Shown one piece after another: positions 18,086-28,168 of a stretch of DNA of 64,000 nt. The stretch is from contig OZ241855.1 in assembly GCA_965202785.1 (NCBI GenBank), positions 1,152,001 through 1,216,000 of the forward strand, in the 5' to 3' direction. The stretch is from Thermodesulfobacteriota bacterium (GTDB lineage: Bacteria; Desulfobacterota_D; UBA1144; Nemesobacterales; Nemesobacteraceae). The notes under the pieces were generated by a model, which was given only the letters and a program-made list of their open reading frames with translations, had not been told where the DNA came from and searched no databases. Numbering within the stretch: position 1 is the stretch's first letter; each line of letters starts with the position of its first letter. Position numbers and translations under genes: made by a program.

Positions 18086-18651
18086 CGGATAGGGAGGCTT
18101 TGCTCTTGAGACTTTTTATCGCGGCCTTTCTTCCCGAGGAGACAAAAGATGTGCTTTTTCACTATGTTCAATCGCTTAGAAGCCTTGTTCGAGGCGTGAG
18201 GTGGGAGCCGAAAGAGAAACTCCACGTCACGCTCAGGTTTCTTGGAGAGGTTGATGAATCGTGCCTTGAAAACATATCAGCCGATGTAGGTTCAGCAGTT
18301 TGCGGTTCGGGGAGCATTGAGTCTGGATTTGACAATTTTTGCCTGTTTCCGGGCTCGAGAAATCCCAGAGTATTGGCCTTGGGTCTTGTGAAAAGCGAGC
18401 GATTCCGGTCTCTTTCTGATAAAGTGCAGAGTGCGGTACTGAAGAACGGATTTAAGATGGAAAGAAGAAAATTCATCCCGCACGTGACTCTGGGAAGGAT
18501 CAGAGGGGATTTCGAGGGGATCAGGAAAATTCCTCGACCGGATAGAACGGAGTTCTCCATTACAAGAGTCGGGCTTGTTCAAAGTGAACTTGGACCCCGG
18601 GGGTCCCGCTACACCAGCCTCAGGACATGGAATCTTCGGGATGGCATTTGA
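18070..18651 (+). CDS. thpR: RNA 2',3'-cyclic phosphodiesterase (2H family)
   Basis: RLFIA, LHVTLRFLG and PHVTLGR (two HxT motifs). Confidence 0.92.
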   Translation: MVREVADREALLLRLFIAAFLPEETKDVLFHYVQSLRSLVRGVRWEPKEKLHVTLRFLGEVDESCLENISADVGSAVCGSGSIESGFDNFCLFPGSRNPRVLALGLVKSERFRSLSDKVQSAVLKNGFKMERRKFIPHVTLGRIRGDFEGIRKIPRPDRTEFSITRVGLVQSELGPRGSRYTSLRTWNLRDGI

Positions 18652-18677
18652 CAAAGGAATTTTCTAACAGGCAAAAT
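18648..18677 (+). promoter_or_regulatory. Putative sigma70 promoter of rplU-rpmA
   Basis: TTGACA-N18-CAAAAT upstream of rplU. Confidence 0.4.
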
Positions 18678-18705
18678 AGTGCTTCCATAAAGTGCGGAGG
18701 ATGTT

Positions 18706-19020
18706 ATGCACGCTGTTATAAAAACCGGTGGAAAACAGTATATAGTCAAACCGGGTGACGTTATTGATATAGAAAAAATCTCCGGCGAACCCGGCGAAGA
18801 AGTGAACTTTGAGGAAGTCCTGCTTGTGTCCGCTGACGGAGAGGATGTTAAGGTGGGCAGCCCTGTTGTTGAAAGTGCCAGGGTTGAGGGTAAAATAGTA
18901 AAACAGAAGAAAGGCGATAAGATAGTAGTCTTCAAGTTCAAAAGAAGGAAAGGGTACAGGAAAAAGGCGGGCCATCGCCAGAACCTGACCAGCGTTGAGA
19001 TTACGAGCATAAGCGCTTGA
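18706..19020 (+). CDS. rplU: 50S ribosomal protein L21
   Basis: [27 protein letters not shown]. Confidence 0.98.
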   Translation: MHAVIKTGGKQYIVKPGDVIDIEKISGEPGEEVNFEEVLLVSADGEDVKVGSPVVESARVEGKIVKQKKGDKIVVFKFKRRKGYRKKAGHRQNLTSVEITSISA

Positions 19021-19039
19021 TTCGCGGAGGCGAGTAAGC

Positions 19040-19294
19040 ATGTCAACCAAAAAAGGCGGCGGAAGTTCCAAAAACGGAAGGGATTCAATAGGCAGAAGGC
19101 TTGGCGTAAAGAAATTCGGAGGCCAGCCGGTTGTCAAGGGAAACATAATAGTAAGGCAGCGTGGTACCAGCATTAAGCCTGGTCTGAACGTGGGGCTTGG
19201 AAAGGATTACACGATATTCGCAATGTCTGATGGGGTTGTGAAATTTCAGAAATCCGGAAAAGGCAGAACAAAGGTTTCCGTAGTTCCCGCCTGA
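19040..19294 (+). CDS. rpmA: 50S ribosomal protein L27
   Basis: [20 protein letters not shown]. Confidence 0.98.
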   Translation: MSTKKGGGSSKNGRDSIGRRLGVKKFGGQPVVKGNIIVRQRGTSIKPGLNVGLGKDYTIFAMSDGVVKFQKSGKGRTKVSVVPA

Positions 19295-19396
19295 GCGATT
19301 CCCCGTAAAACTAGTTTTTTGTTTTTCTCCTATTATAATTACTTAATACTTTTACCGGCATGTTGTCCTTCTGGATGAGTTAGGCGGAAATTTACC

Positions 19397-20818
19397 TTGA
19401 GTCCTTTGAAAAACCGGAAAAAATCTTTCAATCTAGTTCCATTCTTTCCCGTATTTATTTTCTGTCTCTTACTTTCATTTTTGGCGATCTTTGCGTTCCA
19501 GTACTTTTATTTCCCGGAGAGATATGCCGACCTAAGAGTTGTGGAGATGGAAGAAGTGTTCAGCGAGGAGGGGCTTTTCGCTGATCGCGCAAGAAGCGTT
19601 CTTGATACGAGGAGCGATGTAGGGTACGTAAGGCTCCTTGATCATAACGGGGTGCTTGAGAAGAGTTTCGGTTTTCAGGATGACAAGGGTTTTGAGAAGT
19701 TCACTCTCAAGGGGCCTGAGGGAAAGACTGTCCTTTTGGGCCTGAGAAGCTCTGTTGGCGGGAAGTTCCACATTGATGCTTTGCTCTGGAGCCTCATTTT
19801 CGCTTCCCTGATGGCAGTTGTTTTTACTTCCCTGATACGTTTTATAAGTGATCGGGCCTTCCGTTTCCTGGGGGAATTCTCTGAAGCTGTAGGTTCTGTT
19901 GCCAGTGGAGATTACTCGGTTCGTCTGGATGGACGATCTTCGCTCATTGCGGGGGCAGGGGTTCAGTGGATCTGCCGTGAATTCAACGAAATGGCCTCCT
20001 CCCTTGAAGGCGGGTCGGTCGACCGGGATGACACGGAGGATGTGGATGATGTGGACTTTGACCGTTCCGATGAACTGCCGACGGATTTCCGCCCGAAGAT
20101 AGTCTTAAGCCAAGAGCAATCTTCTGATGTTTCTCCATTTCAGGCCCCCGAAGATTCCTTTGATGAGGGCTTGGTGGAAATCGTGGATGTTTCTGATGAG
20201 GAGGATGCCGAACCTGAACAAGAGACTTCCTCTGCCGTTACCGAGATTGCGGATTCCGATGGAGACAAGATAGATGTCAGCATACTCGTCGTAAAGATCG
20301 CGGATTTTGAAAGCCTGATTGAAGATGTTTCGCCATCCAGCGTCAACTCTCTTACGGCCGATTACAGAAAATCCGTTTCAACCACTATAGCCTCCTTCGG
20401 AGGAACCATAGAAGCCGTATTTCGCGATGAGGTCGTGGCTTTTTTCACCAACTCCGGTCCCGGACCCGCTGCGAAGCTCAACTGCGTATGCTGCGCGGTT
20501 GAGATGATGCAGCTTTTCGTCGGGGTGGTCGATGGTCAGAAAGTCTCTACTGGGTCGGATATAAAGCTTAAGATGGGCATTTCCTCGGCGTGTTTGTCGG
20601 TATCAGATGAATCGGACGTTTTTGCGCTTGCAAAACCCTTTGTGGACGAGGCTAAGGCTCTTTGCGATGGAGCGAGGACTTGGAGTGTATTTGTTACGAC
20701 CGGTTTCCGCGAAGGCGCAAGCGATTATCTCGAAGTGAGACGTGAAAAGCTCGATGGGAATCTCTGTTACGCCGTTACCGGAGTTGAGGAAGAAGCGTTG
20801 CAGCGGACCGGAAAATAG
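19397..20818 (+). CDS. Membrane protein with HAMP-like and degenerate class III nucleotide-cyclase-like domains
   Basis: Two TM segments, VASGDYSVRL...EFNEMASSL HAMP pattern, acidic linker, cyclase-like SILVVKIADF and FGGTIEAVFRDEVVAFF. Confidence 0.7.
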   Translation: MSPLKNRKKSFNLVPFFPVFIFCLLLSFLAIFAFQYFYFPERYADLRVVEMEEVFSEEGLFADRARSVLDTRSDVGYVRLLDHNGVLEKSFGFQDDKGFEKFTLKGPEGKTVLLGLRSSVGGKFHIDALLWSLIFASLMAVVFTSLIRFISDRAFRFLGEFSEAVGSVASGDYSVRLDGRSSLIAGAGVQWICREFNEMASSLEGGSVDRDDTEDVDDVDFDRSDELPTDFRPKIVLSQEQSSDVSPFQAPEDSFDEGLVEIVDVSDEEDAEPEQETSSAVTEIADSDGDKIDVSILVVKIADFESLIEDVSPSSVNSLTADYRKSVSTTIASFGGTIEAVFRDEVVAFFTNSGPGPAAKLNCVCCAVEMMQLFVGVVDGQKVSTGSDIKLKMGISSACLSVSDESDVFALAKPFVDEAKALCDGARTWSVFVTTGFREGASDYLEVRREKLDGNLCYAVTGVEEEALQRTGK

Positions 20819-20952
20819 CACTCTTTTCTTACTTTGCTACGCTCTTTCAATTCAGTTTTTTACCATTCCTGTTATATTTTCTCTTCTTGGCTGAAAACCG
20901 GCTTCTCAGCCAGTAGCGGTTCACCGTACTGTGTGCTTGGGGTTTTTGTTAA

Positions 20953-23571
20953 ATGAAAGGATACGAGGTTAGAAGAGAATTTATCGAGTATTTCTCCGAA
21001 AGGGGACACGAACCGGTGCGCAGTTCCACTCTTATACCGGAGAACGATCCGACCCTCCTTTTTACCAACGCCGGGATGGTTCAGTTTAAAAATGTTTTCA
21101 CTGGGAATGAAACTAGGGATTTTAAAAGAGCGGTCTCTTCCCAGAAGTGCCTCAGGGCCGGAGGAAAGCACAACGATCTTGACAATGTCGGGTATACGGC
21201 GAGACATCACACTTTTTTTGAAATGCTCGGGAATTTTTCCTTTGGCGATTATTTCAAGGAAGGAGCCATCAGTTATGGATGGGACCTTATTACCAATGTT
21301 TACGGGCTTCCCAAGGAAAAACTCTGGGTCACCGTTTATAAGGACGACGACGAGGCTTTTGAGATCTGGAACAAAGATATCGGTGTTGCCAAGAAAAGGA
21401 TCGTGAGGATGGGGGAGAAAGACAATTTCTGGTCAATGGGAGATACGGGTCCGTGCGGTCCGTGTTCCGAAATACTGATAGATCAGGGAGAATCGCTTGG
21501 CTGCGGGAAAGCGGGGTGCGCCGTCGGATGCGAGTGCGATCGTTACCTTGAGCTCTGGAATCTCGTGTTCATGCAGTTTGAGAGAGACCAGAAAGGAGAG
21601 ATGACCCCTCTTCCTCGTCCCAGCATCGACACGGGGCTTGGGCTTGAAAGAATTACAGCGGTTCTTCAGGGAGTGCCGAGCAACTATGAGACCGACCTTT
21701 TAAGAGGGATAATAAGCAAGATAGAGGAGCTTTCCGGAAGAGATTATTCCACCGACCGCTCGACCGAGGTTGCGATGAGGGTTATAGCGGATCATTCAAG
21801 AGCGCTCGCCTTTCTCATCTCGGACGGAGTATTCCCGTCAAACGAAGGTAGGGGATACGTTCTTAGAAGAATACTCAGAAGAGCGGTCCGCCACTCCAAG
21901 TTTCTTGGAATAGACGAACCTTTTATCTACAGGGTCCTGCCCGCGGTTGAGGGGATCATGGCGGATTTCTATCCTGAGATCAGGGAGAAGGGGGATTTTG
22001 TATCTCAGGTTGTAAAAAGCGAGGAGGAGAGATTCCTCGAGACGGTGGACAGGGGACTTGAACTTCTTAACCAGGAAATTGCAAAGCTTGGGAAAAAGAA
22101 AAAGCTCTCTGGAAAAGTGGTTTTCAGTCTCTACGATACATACGGGTTCCCCGTCGATCTAACCGAAGACATAACTAGAACCGAGGGCATAGATATTGAC
22201 CTCCGGGGCTTTGAGAAGGAAATGGAGAGACAGAGGACCAAGTCAAGAAAAGCCCGTGGCGGAGGAGAAAACGGTCTTACATCTGTTTTGCTTGAACTCG
22301 CCGGAGAGATGGCGACAGAGTTTGTTGGATACAAGACTATCTCTTCTGAAGGCGCGGTTACTGGAATAATAAGTCAGGGAGAGATTTCCGACACGGCTTG
22401 GGAGGGTCAGGAAGCCCAGATAATTACTGACATCACCCCTTTTTACGGGGAGTCGGGCGGACAGATCGGGGACAGGGGTGAAATTGCCGGGGCAGGATTT
22501 CACGCGAAGGTCCTCGATACGAAAAAGCTCACCCCCACGTTTTTCATTCACAATGTCATTGTCGAGAAGGGGAATGCGCAGGTCGGTGACACGGTGCACA
22601 TGGAGGTTGACCCCGTGTTCAGACAGGGAGTTACGGCTCACCACACCTCAACACATCTACTTCACGCCGTTTTAAAGGAAGTCCTAGGCAATCACGTTAA
22701 CCAGGCAGGATCGTTCGTCGGGCCCGACAGACTCAGGTTTGATTTTAGCCACTATTCCTCGATCGAGAGGCAGCAGCTCGACTCCATAGAACAGATTATT
22801 AACGAGAGGATAAGGCGTGACGACCAGGTCGTGACAAAAGAAGATGTTTCGTACGACGAGGCCATAAAGGACGGGGCTACCGCTATATTCGAAGAGAAAT
22901 ACGGCGACAGGGTTAGGGTGGTAATGATAGGGGACTACAGCAAGGAGCTTTGCGGCGGTACCCATGTCAGGGCCTCGGGTGAGATAGGAATGGTGAAGAT
23001 AGTGTCGGAGAGCGCGTCTTCTGCGGGAGTAAGGAGGATCGAGGCCGTAAGCGGTCAGGCGGCATGGAATTACATGAAAGGTCAGGAAAATATCCTGAAC
23101 GAATTCTCCACCACTCTTAACGCTCCCCGCTCCGAACTTCTTTCTAGACTTGCCGGAGTGATTGATGAAAACGCCCGGCTCCAAGCGGAAATCGAGTCTT
23201 TCAGGGCGAGGACTCTTGTAGAAACGGCCTCCGGGCTGATTGACAAAGTTGAGGATGTGGGAGGAGTTAATCTGCTTCGGGTCAAAGTTTCTGTTTCGAA
23301 ACCTGCAGAACTGCGTTCTCTTTGGGATTACTTAAAGGGGAGAATGAATAACGGCATCGCTGTACTTGTCGCTGAGAACAGAAGCCAGGTTTTTATTCTT
23401 GTGGGTATTACCAAGGATCTTGTCGGCAGTTATCACGCTGGAAAAATCGTAAAGGAGCTTGCCGAAATTGTAGGCGGAAAAGGGGGCGGAGGTGCCGAGA
23501 TGGCGCAGGCGGGCGGAAATATGCCTGGAAATATACCGAAGATGCTTGGCCACTTGGGAGATCTCATATGA
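20953..23571 (+). CDS. alaS: Alanine--tRNA ligase
   Basis: DPTLLFTNAGM, HHTFFEMLGNFS, HTSTHLLH, ELCGGTH, GGKGGG. Confidence 0.99.
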   Translation: MKGYEVRREFIEYFSERGHEPVRSSTLIPENDPTLLFTNAGMVQFKNVFTGNETRDFKRAVSSQKCLRAGGKHNDLDNVGYTARHHTFFEMLGNFSFGDYFKEGAISYGWDLITNVYGLPKEKLWVTVYKDDDEAFEIWNKDIGVAKKRIVRMGEKDNFWSMGDTGPCGPCSEILIDQGESLGCGKAGCAVGCECDRYLELWNLVFMQFERDQKGEMTPLPRPSIDTGLGLERITAVLQGVPSNYETDLLRGIISKIEELSGRDYSTDRSTEVAMRVIADHSRALAFLISDGVFPSNEGRGYVLRRILRRAVRHSKFLGIDEPFIYRVLPAVEGIMADFYPEIREKGDFVSQVVKSEEERFLETVDRGLELLNQEIAKLGKKKKLSGKVVFSLYDTYGFPVDLTEDITRTEGIDIDLRGFEKEMERQRTKSRKARGGGENGLTSVLLELAGEMATEFVGYKTISSEGAVTGIISQGEISDTAWEGQEAQIITDITPFYGESGGQIGDRGEIAGAGFHAKVLDTKKLTPTFFIHNVIVEKGNAQVGDTVHMEVDPVFRQGVTAHHTSTHLLHAVLKEVLGNHVNQAGSFVGPDRLRFDFSHYSSIERQQLDSIEQIINERIRRDDQVVTKEDVSYDEAIKDGATAIFEEKYGDRVRVVMIGDYSKELCGGTHVRASGEIGMVKIVSESASSAGVRRIEAVSGQAAWNYMKGQENILNEFSTTLNAPRSELLSRLAGVIDENARLQAEIESFRARTLVETASGLIDKVEDVGGVNLLRVKVSVSKPAELRSLWDYLKGRMNNGIAVLVAENRSQVFILVGITKDLVGSYHAGKIVKELAEIVGGKGGGGAEMAQAGGNMPGNIPKMLGHLGDLI

Positions 23572-23606
23572 AAAATATTATCGATCTATTTGCAAATCTC
23601 GTTTTG

Positions 23607-24398
23607 ATGAAGACTTGTAGAGCAAAGTTTTTGGCCGCCAGTTTAGCAGTCTTTCTGTCGGTTTCTTTGATCATTCCGAATGCCGTTTTTGCGGGTGGCG
23701 TGCCGGATAATCCCCCGCAGAACGAAGGGCCTATACACTTCGACAAATACGCTGGGATCTTTATCGGTCCCGGTTTTATGGAGAACCGGATAACAGATGT
23801 TGATGGTTTTGCTGACTGGGGCAATCCCGGTTCGGTTTCCAAATATGACGATACGGGCTTTGTCGGTGGTGTTATTGTAGGAAAAAAATTCGATGTTAGT
23901 GTCTTGACCTTGAGAATGGAGCTTGACGGTATGTTGACCAACGTGTCGGCATCAACCGACAAACTTGATCCCGAAGGTTTGGATGAAACTGCCGAATCGG
24001 AATTTTCGTGGATCGTTTCTGCACGCGGGGGAGTTGAACAAGCGATTGGTCGCGCAACGGTCTTTGTAACCGCGGGACTGGCTTTTGCCGACATCAGCAA
24101 CTCGGTGACCGATATTGATTCCAGTGATTCTGGCTCCATGGTGGATCCCGACGATTCTTTCAGTAAGGATTCAACGGAAATGGGTTGGGTGATCGGAGCT
24201 GGCGCGGAAGCCGCGTTGTCCGACGCTTGGGCTTTGAGGCTCGAAGGCTTGTATCTGGATTTTGGAGAGAGTACTCATCTTGTCAACCGCTCCGCGAACA
24301 ACCGCTGCTGCGGACCCGAAACTCCCAGAAGGGCCGCATCCTACGAAGTTGAAAACAGAATTTCCATTGCCCGCTTGGCAATAATTCGCCGGTTCTGA
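23607..24398 (+). CDS. Outer-membrane beta-barrel protein (Omp25/opacity-like)
   Basis: Signal peptide, GWVIGAGAE, WALRLEGLYLDFG, C-terminal Phe. Start placed at ATG 23607. Confidence 0.8.
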   Translation: MKTCRAKFLAASLAVFLSVSLIIPNAVFAGGVPDNPPQNEGPIHFDKYAGIFIGPGFMENRITDVDGFADWGNPGSVSKYDDTGFVGGVIVGKKFDVSVLTLRMELDGMLTNVSASTDKLDPEGLDETAESEFSWIVSARGGVEQAIGRATVFVTAGLAFADISNSVTDIDSSDSGSMVDPDDSFSKDSTEMGWVIGAGAEAALSDAWALRLEGLYLDFGESTHLVNRSANNRCCGPETPRRAASYEVENRISIARLAIIRRF

Positions 24399-24588
24399 GT
24401 TCAATAAATCCATCAGACTGTCTTGTGAATTCCAAGTACGCTTTGAAGAGTTGCTCTTTGCAGTGTTCAGGCTGTCCGGGCAAAGAAGTTCATTTCTACT
24501 CAGAAAATTCATGGAAGGGGATGGATGTTGAGTGTTTAAAGGTCCCGGGGGAGGCGATTGTAAGAATGAAACTCAGATTTTTTGCTCA

Positions 24589-24695
24589 AGCGGGGTCGAG
24601 GACCCCCTATGAATTCACGGTGACCGGCCCTATGCCTTCATCGCTAGATGAAGTCACCGCCATGTCCCACAGACTATAAGGGACCTCGATCCGCT
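24589..24695. repeat. Nested imperfect inverted repeat (~107 bp)
   Basis: AGCGGGGTCGAGGACCCCCTAT pairs with ATAAGGGACCTCGATCCGCT and encloses CGGTGAC/GTCACCG and CTTCATC/GATGAAG stems. Confidence 0.65.
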
Positions 24696-24729
24696 AGACT
24701 TTTTCCGCTTCGCTTGGAGAAAACGGAAA

Positions 24730-25665
24730 TCAGAACGCATATTTCATTACCAGACTGACTCCGAATGCGCTTAAGTCGTCAGTCTCAATTGTATACTCAA
24801 CTGTGTTCGTTCCCGGGCCATTATTTGGGGCGTGACCGCGCAACTGGTCCCATACATCTCCGCCGCTGAACTTGGCGTACTGGACCCAGCGTCCCTTGAC
24901 TCCGATTGAAGCACTATCGGTCAGCATGTAATCTACTCCGACCACCGCCTGGTAACCGAACACCGTATCTTCGAGAGTATGGCTCGCCGTGCTCGTGACG
25001 CCAGCAATTCTTTGATGTAGAGCTTGGCGGTCCTCTTCTTCGTTGCCGGAACCCAGATACTCCGCATCGTCCGCGGTCGTAATTACATCCGGGTTTATAT
25101 TGCGGGCCCAGACAGCGTCAAATTCCACTTCGGCCATTCCGAAACCCACCCCACCTCCGATGTAAGGACGGAGTTGCCCGGGAACCGGAAGGTCATAGTA
25201 AACGTTTACAAACAGACTGTTTATATTTACCGCTCCTATGCGCTCATCAGAACGGACAAGCTCCTGATTTGCTTTATCCGCAATATCCTGACCTCCTCCA
25301 ACAACCGAGGATGTCGTATCGTATTGCGCGCCGAAGTTAAAATACTCGGCTTCAATTCTCGCGCCAAAATCTGTGCTGACGCCTAAAGCGGCGCCGGCGA
25401 TTATTCCAGTTGCACCGTCAAAGCTGTTATTCCAGACTGATGTCCCGGAAGAACATACACCAGATGCAAAATGGTTATCGTCCGCCGGATTGTTTAAGTG
25501 TTGATCGCACAGCGTGCTGAAATCAGTATCACTGGCGTCGGTATCCAGAGAACTCCCGATACCGAATCCCAATTCAGTACTTATATACAACTGCTGGGCG
25601 TTTGATGAGAAAGAGATCAGTATCAGAACAAGTAAAAAAGAGGTAAAGGTTAGATATCTACTCAT
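24730..25665 (-). CDS. Outer-membrane beta-barrel protein (opacity/Msp2-like) with long loops
   Basis: Signal peptide, RIEAEY, NVYYD, RPYIGGGVG, FGYQAVVGVDY, C-terminal YAF; AGGAGG RBS before ATG 25665. Confidence 0.82.
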   Translation of the reverse strand: MSRYLTFTSFLLVLILISFSSNAQQLYISTELGFGIGSSLDTDASDTDFSTLCDQHLNNPADDNHFASGVCSSGTSVWNNSFDGATGIIAGAALGVSTDFGARIEAEYFNFGAQYDTTSSVVGGGQDIADKANQELVRSDERIGAVNINSLFVNVYYDLPVPGQLRPYIGGGVGFGMAEVEFDAVWARNINPDVITTADDAEYLGSGNEEEDRQALHQRIAGVTSTASHTLEDTVFGYQAVVGVDYMLTDSASIGVKGRWVQYAKFSGGDVWDQLRGHAPNNGPGTNTVEYTIETDDLSAFGVSLVMKYAF

Positions 25666-25856
25666 TTCATACCTCCTATAAATTGCTGTGTAGGAATAAA
25701 GAACCACACCACCTACTAAAGAACATATTATAATTCGGGCACTAATTCAATTAAAATTTGCGGTTGCAATTGAAAAACAAAAGATTCGTAAATAGTTAGA
25801 GATTTCAGTATGTTATGGGAAAGAATCCCTTCGGGCCTATACTTGTTCCGGGAATT

Positions 25857-26747
25857 CTATACATGAAAATGTTCTTTTTGGAATTCCTTCCTGATCTTGT
25901 TAAGAGCGTTTTTTTCTATCTGTCTTACACGTTCTCTTGAGATGCCGAATTTACGGGAAAGCTTTTCAAGAGTTTCGGGAGAATCGGTGAGAATCCGTCT
26001 TTCGATAATGTATCTTTCCCTGTCTTTTAGGTTCGCCAGGGCTTCTTTTATCTTCTTGGCCACAAGCGGGCGGGTTTGGGAATCTTCGAGGAACTGCTCC
26101 TGATCAAACGTGTCCCCCAGCATGTCAATGTAGGTGCGTTCCGTGCTGCCTTCTATGTTCGCGTCAAGAGACAGGTCTTTTCCGGACATTATCCGATCCA
26201 TCTCAATTACCTGGCTGTCCGGCACGTCAAGCTCCTTGGCTATCTCGGAGTAAATATCCTCCTCCATCTCAACTCCTGTGGCTTCGATTCTGCTCTTCGT
26301 TGACCTAAGTTTGTAGAAGAGCTTTCTTTGCGACTGGTTCGTCCCGACTTTTACCAGGCTCCAGGTTCTCATTATGTGGTTCTGTATGTAAGCCCTTATC
26401 CACCAGACCGCATATGAGATGAGCCTGTATCCCTTGGTAGGATCAAAGCCTTTTACGGCCTTCATGAGTCCTATGTTGCCTTCCTGGATAAGGTCCAAGG
26501 TGTTTACGTTATAGTTTTTGTATTCGTTTGCAATACGCACGACGAACTTCAGGTTTGATACTATCAGTTTTCTAGCGGCTTCAAGATCACCCGTTTCCCT
26601 GTGCCTCATCGCGAGTTCGTATTCTTCTTCCCTGCTCAAGACAGGGTAGTCCCTGATCTGTGCCAGATAGCTTTGCAGGGAGTTTGAAAGTGCGGGAAGA
26701 GATGAACTCACTTCCTCCGGCTTCTTTTCTTCTTTTTTTTCGGCCAT
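25857..26747 (-). CDS. rpoH: RNA polymerase sigma-32 factor
   Basis: DLIQEGNIGLMKAV, SYAVWWIRA and the RpoH box QRKLFYKLR. Confidence 0.92.
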   Translation of the reverse strand: MAEKKEEKKPEEVSSSLPALSNSLQSYLAQIRDYPVLSREEEYELAMRHRETGDLEAARKLIVSNLKFVVRIANEYKNYNVNTLDLIQEGNIGLMKAVKGFDPTKGYRLISYAVWWIRAYIQNHIMRTWSLVKVGTNQSQRKLFYKLRSTKSRIEATGVEMEEDIYSEIAKELDVPDSQVIEMDRIMSGKDLSLDANIEGSTERTYIDMLGDTFDQEQFLEDSQTRPLVAKKIKEALANLKDRERYIIERRILTDSPETLEKLSRKFGISRERVRQIEKNALNKIRKEFQKEHFHV

Positions 26748-26831
26748 TTTTACTTGGTATTAGATTTGTTGACTGTTCTTCTTATCTATATAAAATTAAC
26801 TACTCCTTGGGTTTTTTCTATTTTCTACAGT

Positions 26832-26907
26832 TCCGGCGTAGCTCAGTTGGCAGAGCAGATGACTGTTAATCATCGGGTCGCAGGTTCGAGCCCTGCCGCC
26901 GGAGCCA
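26832..26907 (+). tRNA. tRNA-Asn (GTT)
   Basis: Cloverleaf with acceptor stem TCCGGCG/CGCCGGA, anticodon arm GATGA-CTGTTAA-TCATC, GGTTCGA T-loop and encoded CCA. Confidence 0.97.
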
Positions 26908-26918
26908 AATTCCTGTTC

Positions 26919-28088
26919 CTAAAAATCTGTTTCATGCAGTTTATGCCAGGGAACGATATTTCCGTCCGCACGTTTCTGAAATTGATCACCGCCATAGACT
27001 ATGATGGTGTCACACGGACTGGGTAATTCGGTTAAATGCCGGCGGACGCGCCGTACCCCGCTGAACAGACTGGACGATGCCGTTGCAGTGGATTTTGCAT
27101 CGACAAGAATAATGCGGGAGGGAGACTCAATGATAAGATCTCCTTCCGCCCCGTTACGGTCTCGGTAAAACGACAGACCTCTCGTTTCACCCCTGTTGCT
27201 TCGATGTTTTTTTATCTCGGAGATTGCCCAGGTTTCGAAGATTGGCCCGCGGAGTGGATGTGAGTGCAGTTGCTCGGGCGTACGGATGCCTAGAAGCCAG
27301 CAGACAAGCCCAGTGTCGTAGAAATGCAGTTTCGGCATTTTCACAAGCCTCTTGCGCAGATTCGAGTGAAACGGCGGAAGACGGAAAACGATAAAACTCG
27401 TCTCAAGTATGTTAAGCCAGGCTTTCGCGCTCGGTTGTGATATACCGCAGTCATCAGCCAGTGACGAATAGTTAAGCAACTGCGCTGTACGGCCGGCACA
27501 CAGTTGGATAAACCGTTGGAATGTCGCGATATCGGCCACATTGCTGATTGTCCGCACGTCACGTTCTATGTAAGCGGTAACATACGAGCGGAACCAGTCT
27601 GCCGGGTCAAGATCAAGATCAAATATGCGTGGGTATCCACCGGCAAAAAGGGTCTCTTCAAGGTTCCCGGGATATTTATCAAACCGCGTAATTTCCTCAC
27701 GTGCTAGAGGAAACAGGTTGTATACCGCGGTCCGCCCCGCTAACGACTGACTGACCGACTTGAGTAAAGAGAAGTTCTGTGAGCCCGTTAGAATCCAACG
27801 CCCGGGTGCCGGGTCCTCGTCGATTATACCTTGCAGATAGGAAAGAAGATCAGGCACGCGCTGCACCTCGTCGATAATACAGCCTTTTGGAAATTGAGCC
27901 AGAAAAGCCCGCGGGTCTTCCATCGCGAAAGCTCGTACATCCGGAGCTTCGAGGCTTGAGTACGGGTGACGCGGGAACAAGGATTTGCACAGGGTGGTCT
28001 TACCGCTTTGCCGAGGTCCCGTAAGCGTTATGCAGGGGAGCTTCCGTGCCGCTTCAATAAGCTTTGGTGCCAGATCGCGATCAATCAT
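26919..28088 (-). CDS. AAA-family ATPase with DUF4143-type C-terminus
   Basis: GPRQSGKT, IIDEVQ, ILTGS, SLAGR, GGYP, PKLHFYDTGL, YRDRNGAEGDLII. Confidence 0.88.
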   Translation of the reverse strand: MIDRDLAPKLIEAARKLPCITLTGPRQSGKTTLCKSLFPRHPYSSLEAPDVRAFAMEDPRAFLAQFPKGCIIDEVQRVPDLLSYLQGIIDEDPAPGRWILTGSQNFSLLKSVSQSLAGRTAVYNLFPLAREEITRFDKYPGNLEETLFAGGYPRIFDLDLDPADWFRSYVTAYIERDVRTISNVADIATFQRFIQLCAGRTAQLLNYSSLADDCGISQPSAKAWLNILETSFIVFRLPPFHSNLRKRLVKMPKLHFYDTGLVCWLLGIRTPEQLHSHPLRGPIFETWAISEIKKHRSNRGETRGLSFYRDRNGAEGDLIIESPSRIILVDAKSTATASSSLFSGVRRVRRHLTELPSPCDTIIVYGGDQFQKRADGNIVPWHKLHETDF

Positions 28089-28168
28089 AATGAGTCGCAG
28101 TCTAACGGATAAATTAGGCTATTTCAAATTTCTTTTTTAAAACAGCCTAGAATTGTTTCGGGAGTTCT

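Noticed and set aside
16151-18651. HNH-tolB-thpR as a defence or RNA-repair module
   Set aside because: Each is a widespread stand-alone gene with host-like composition; no methyltransferase, immunity gene or island signature.
24425-24679. 84-aa ORF between the OMP genes
   Set aside because: No RBS or motif; it overlaps the inverted-repeat element.
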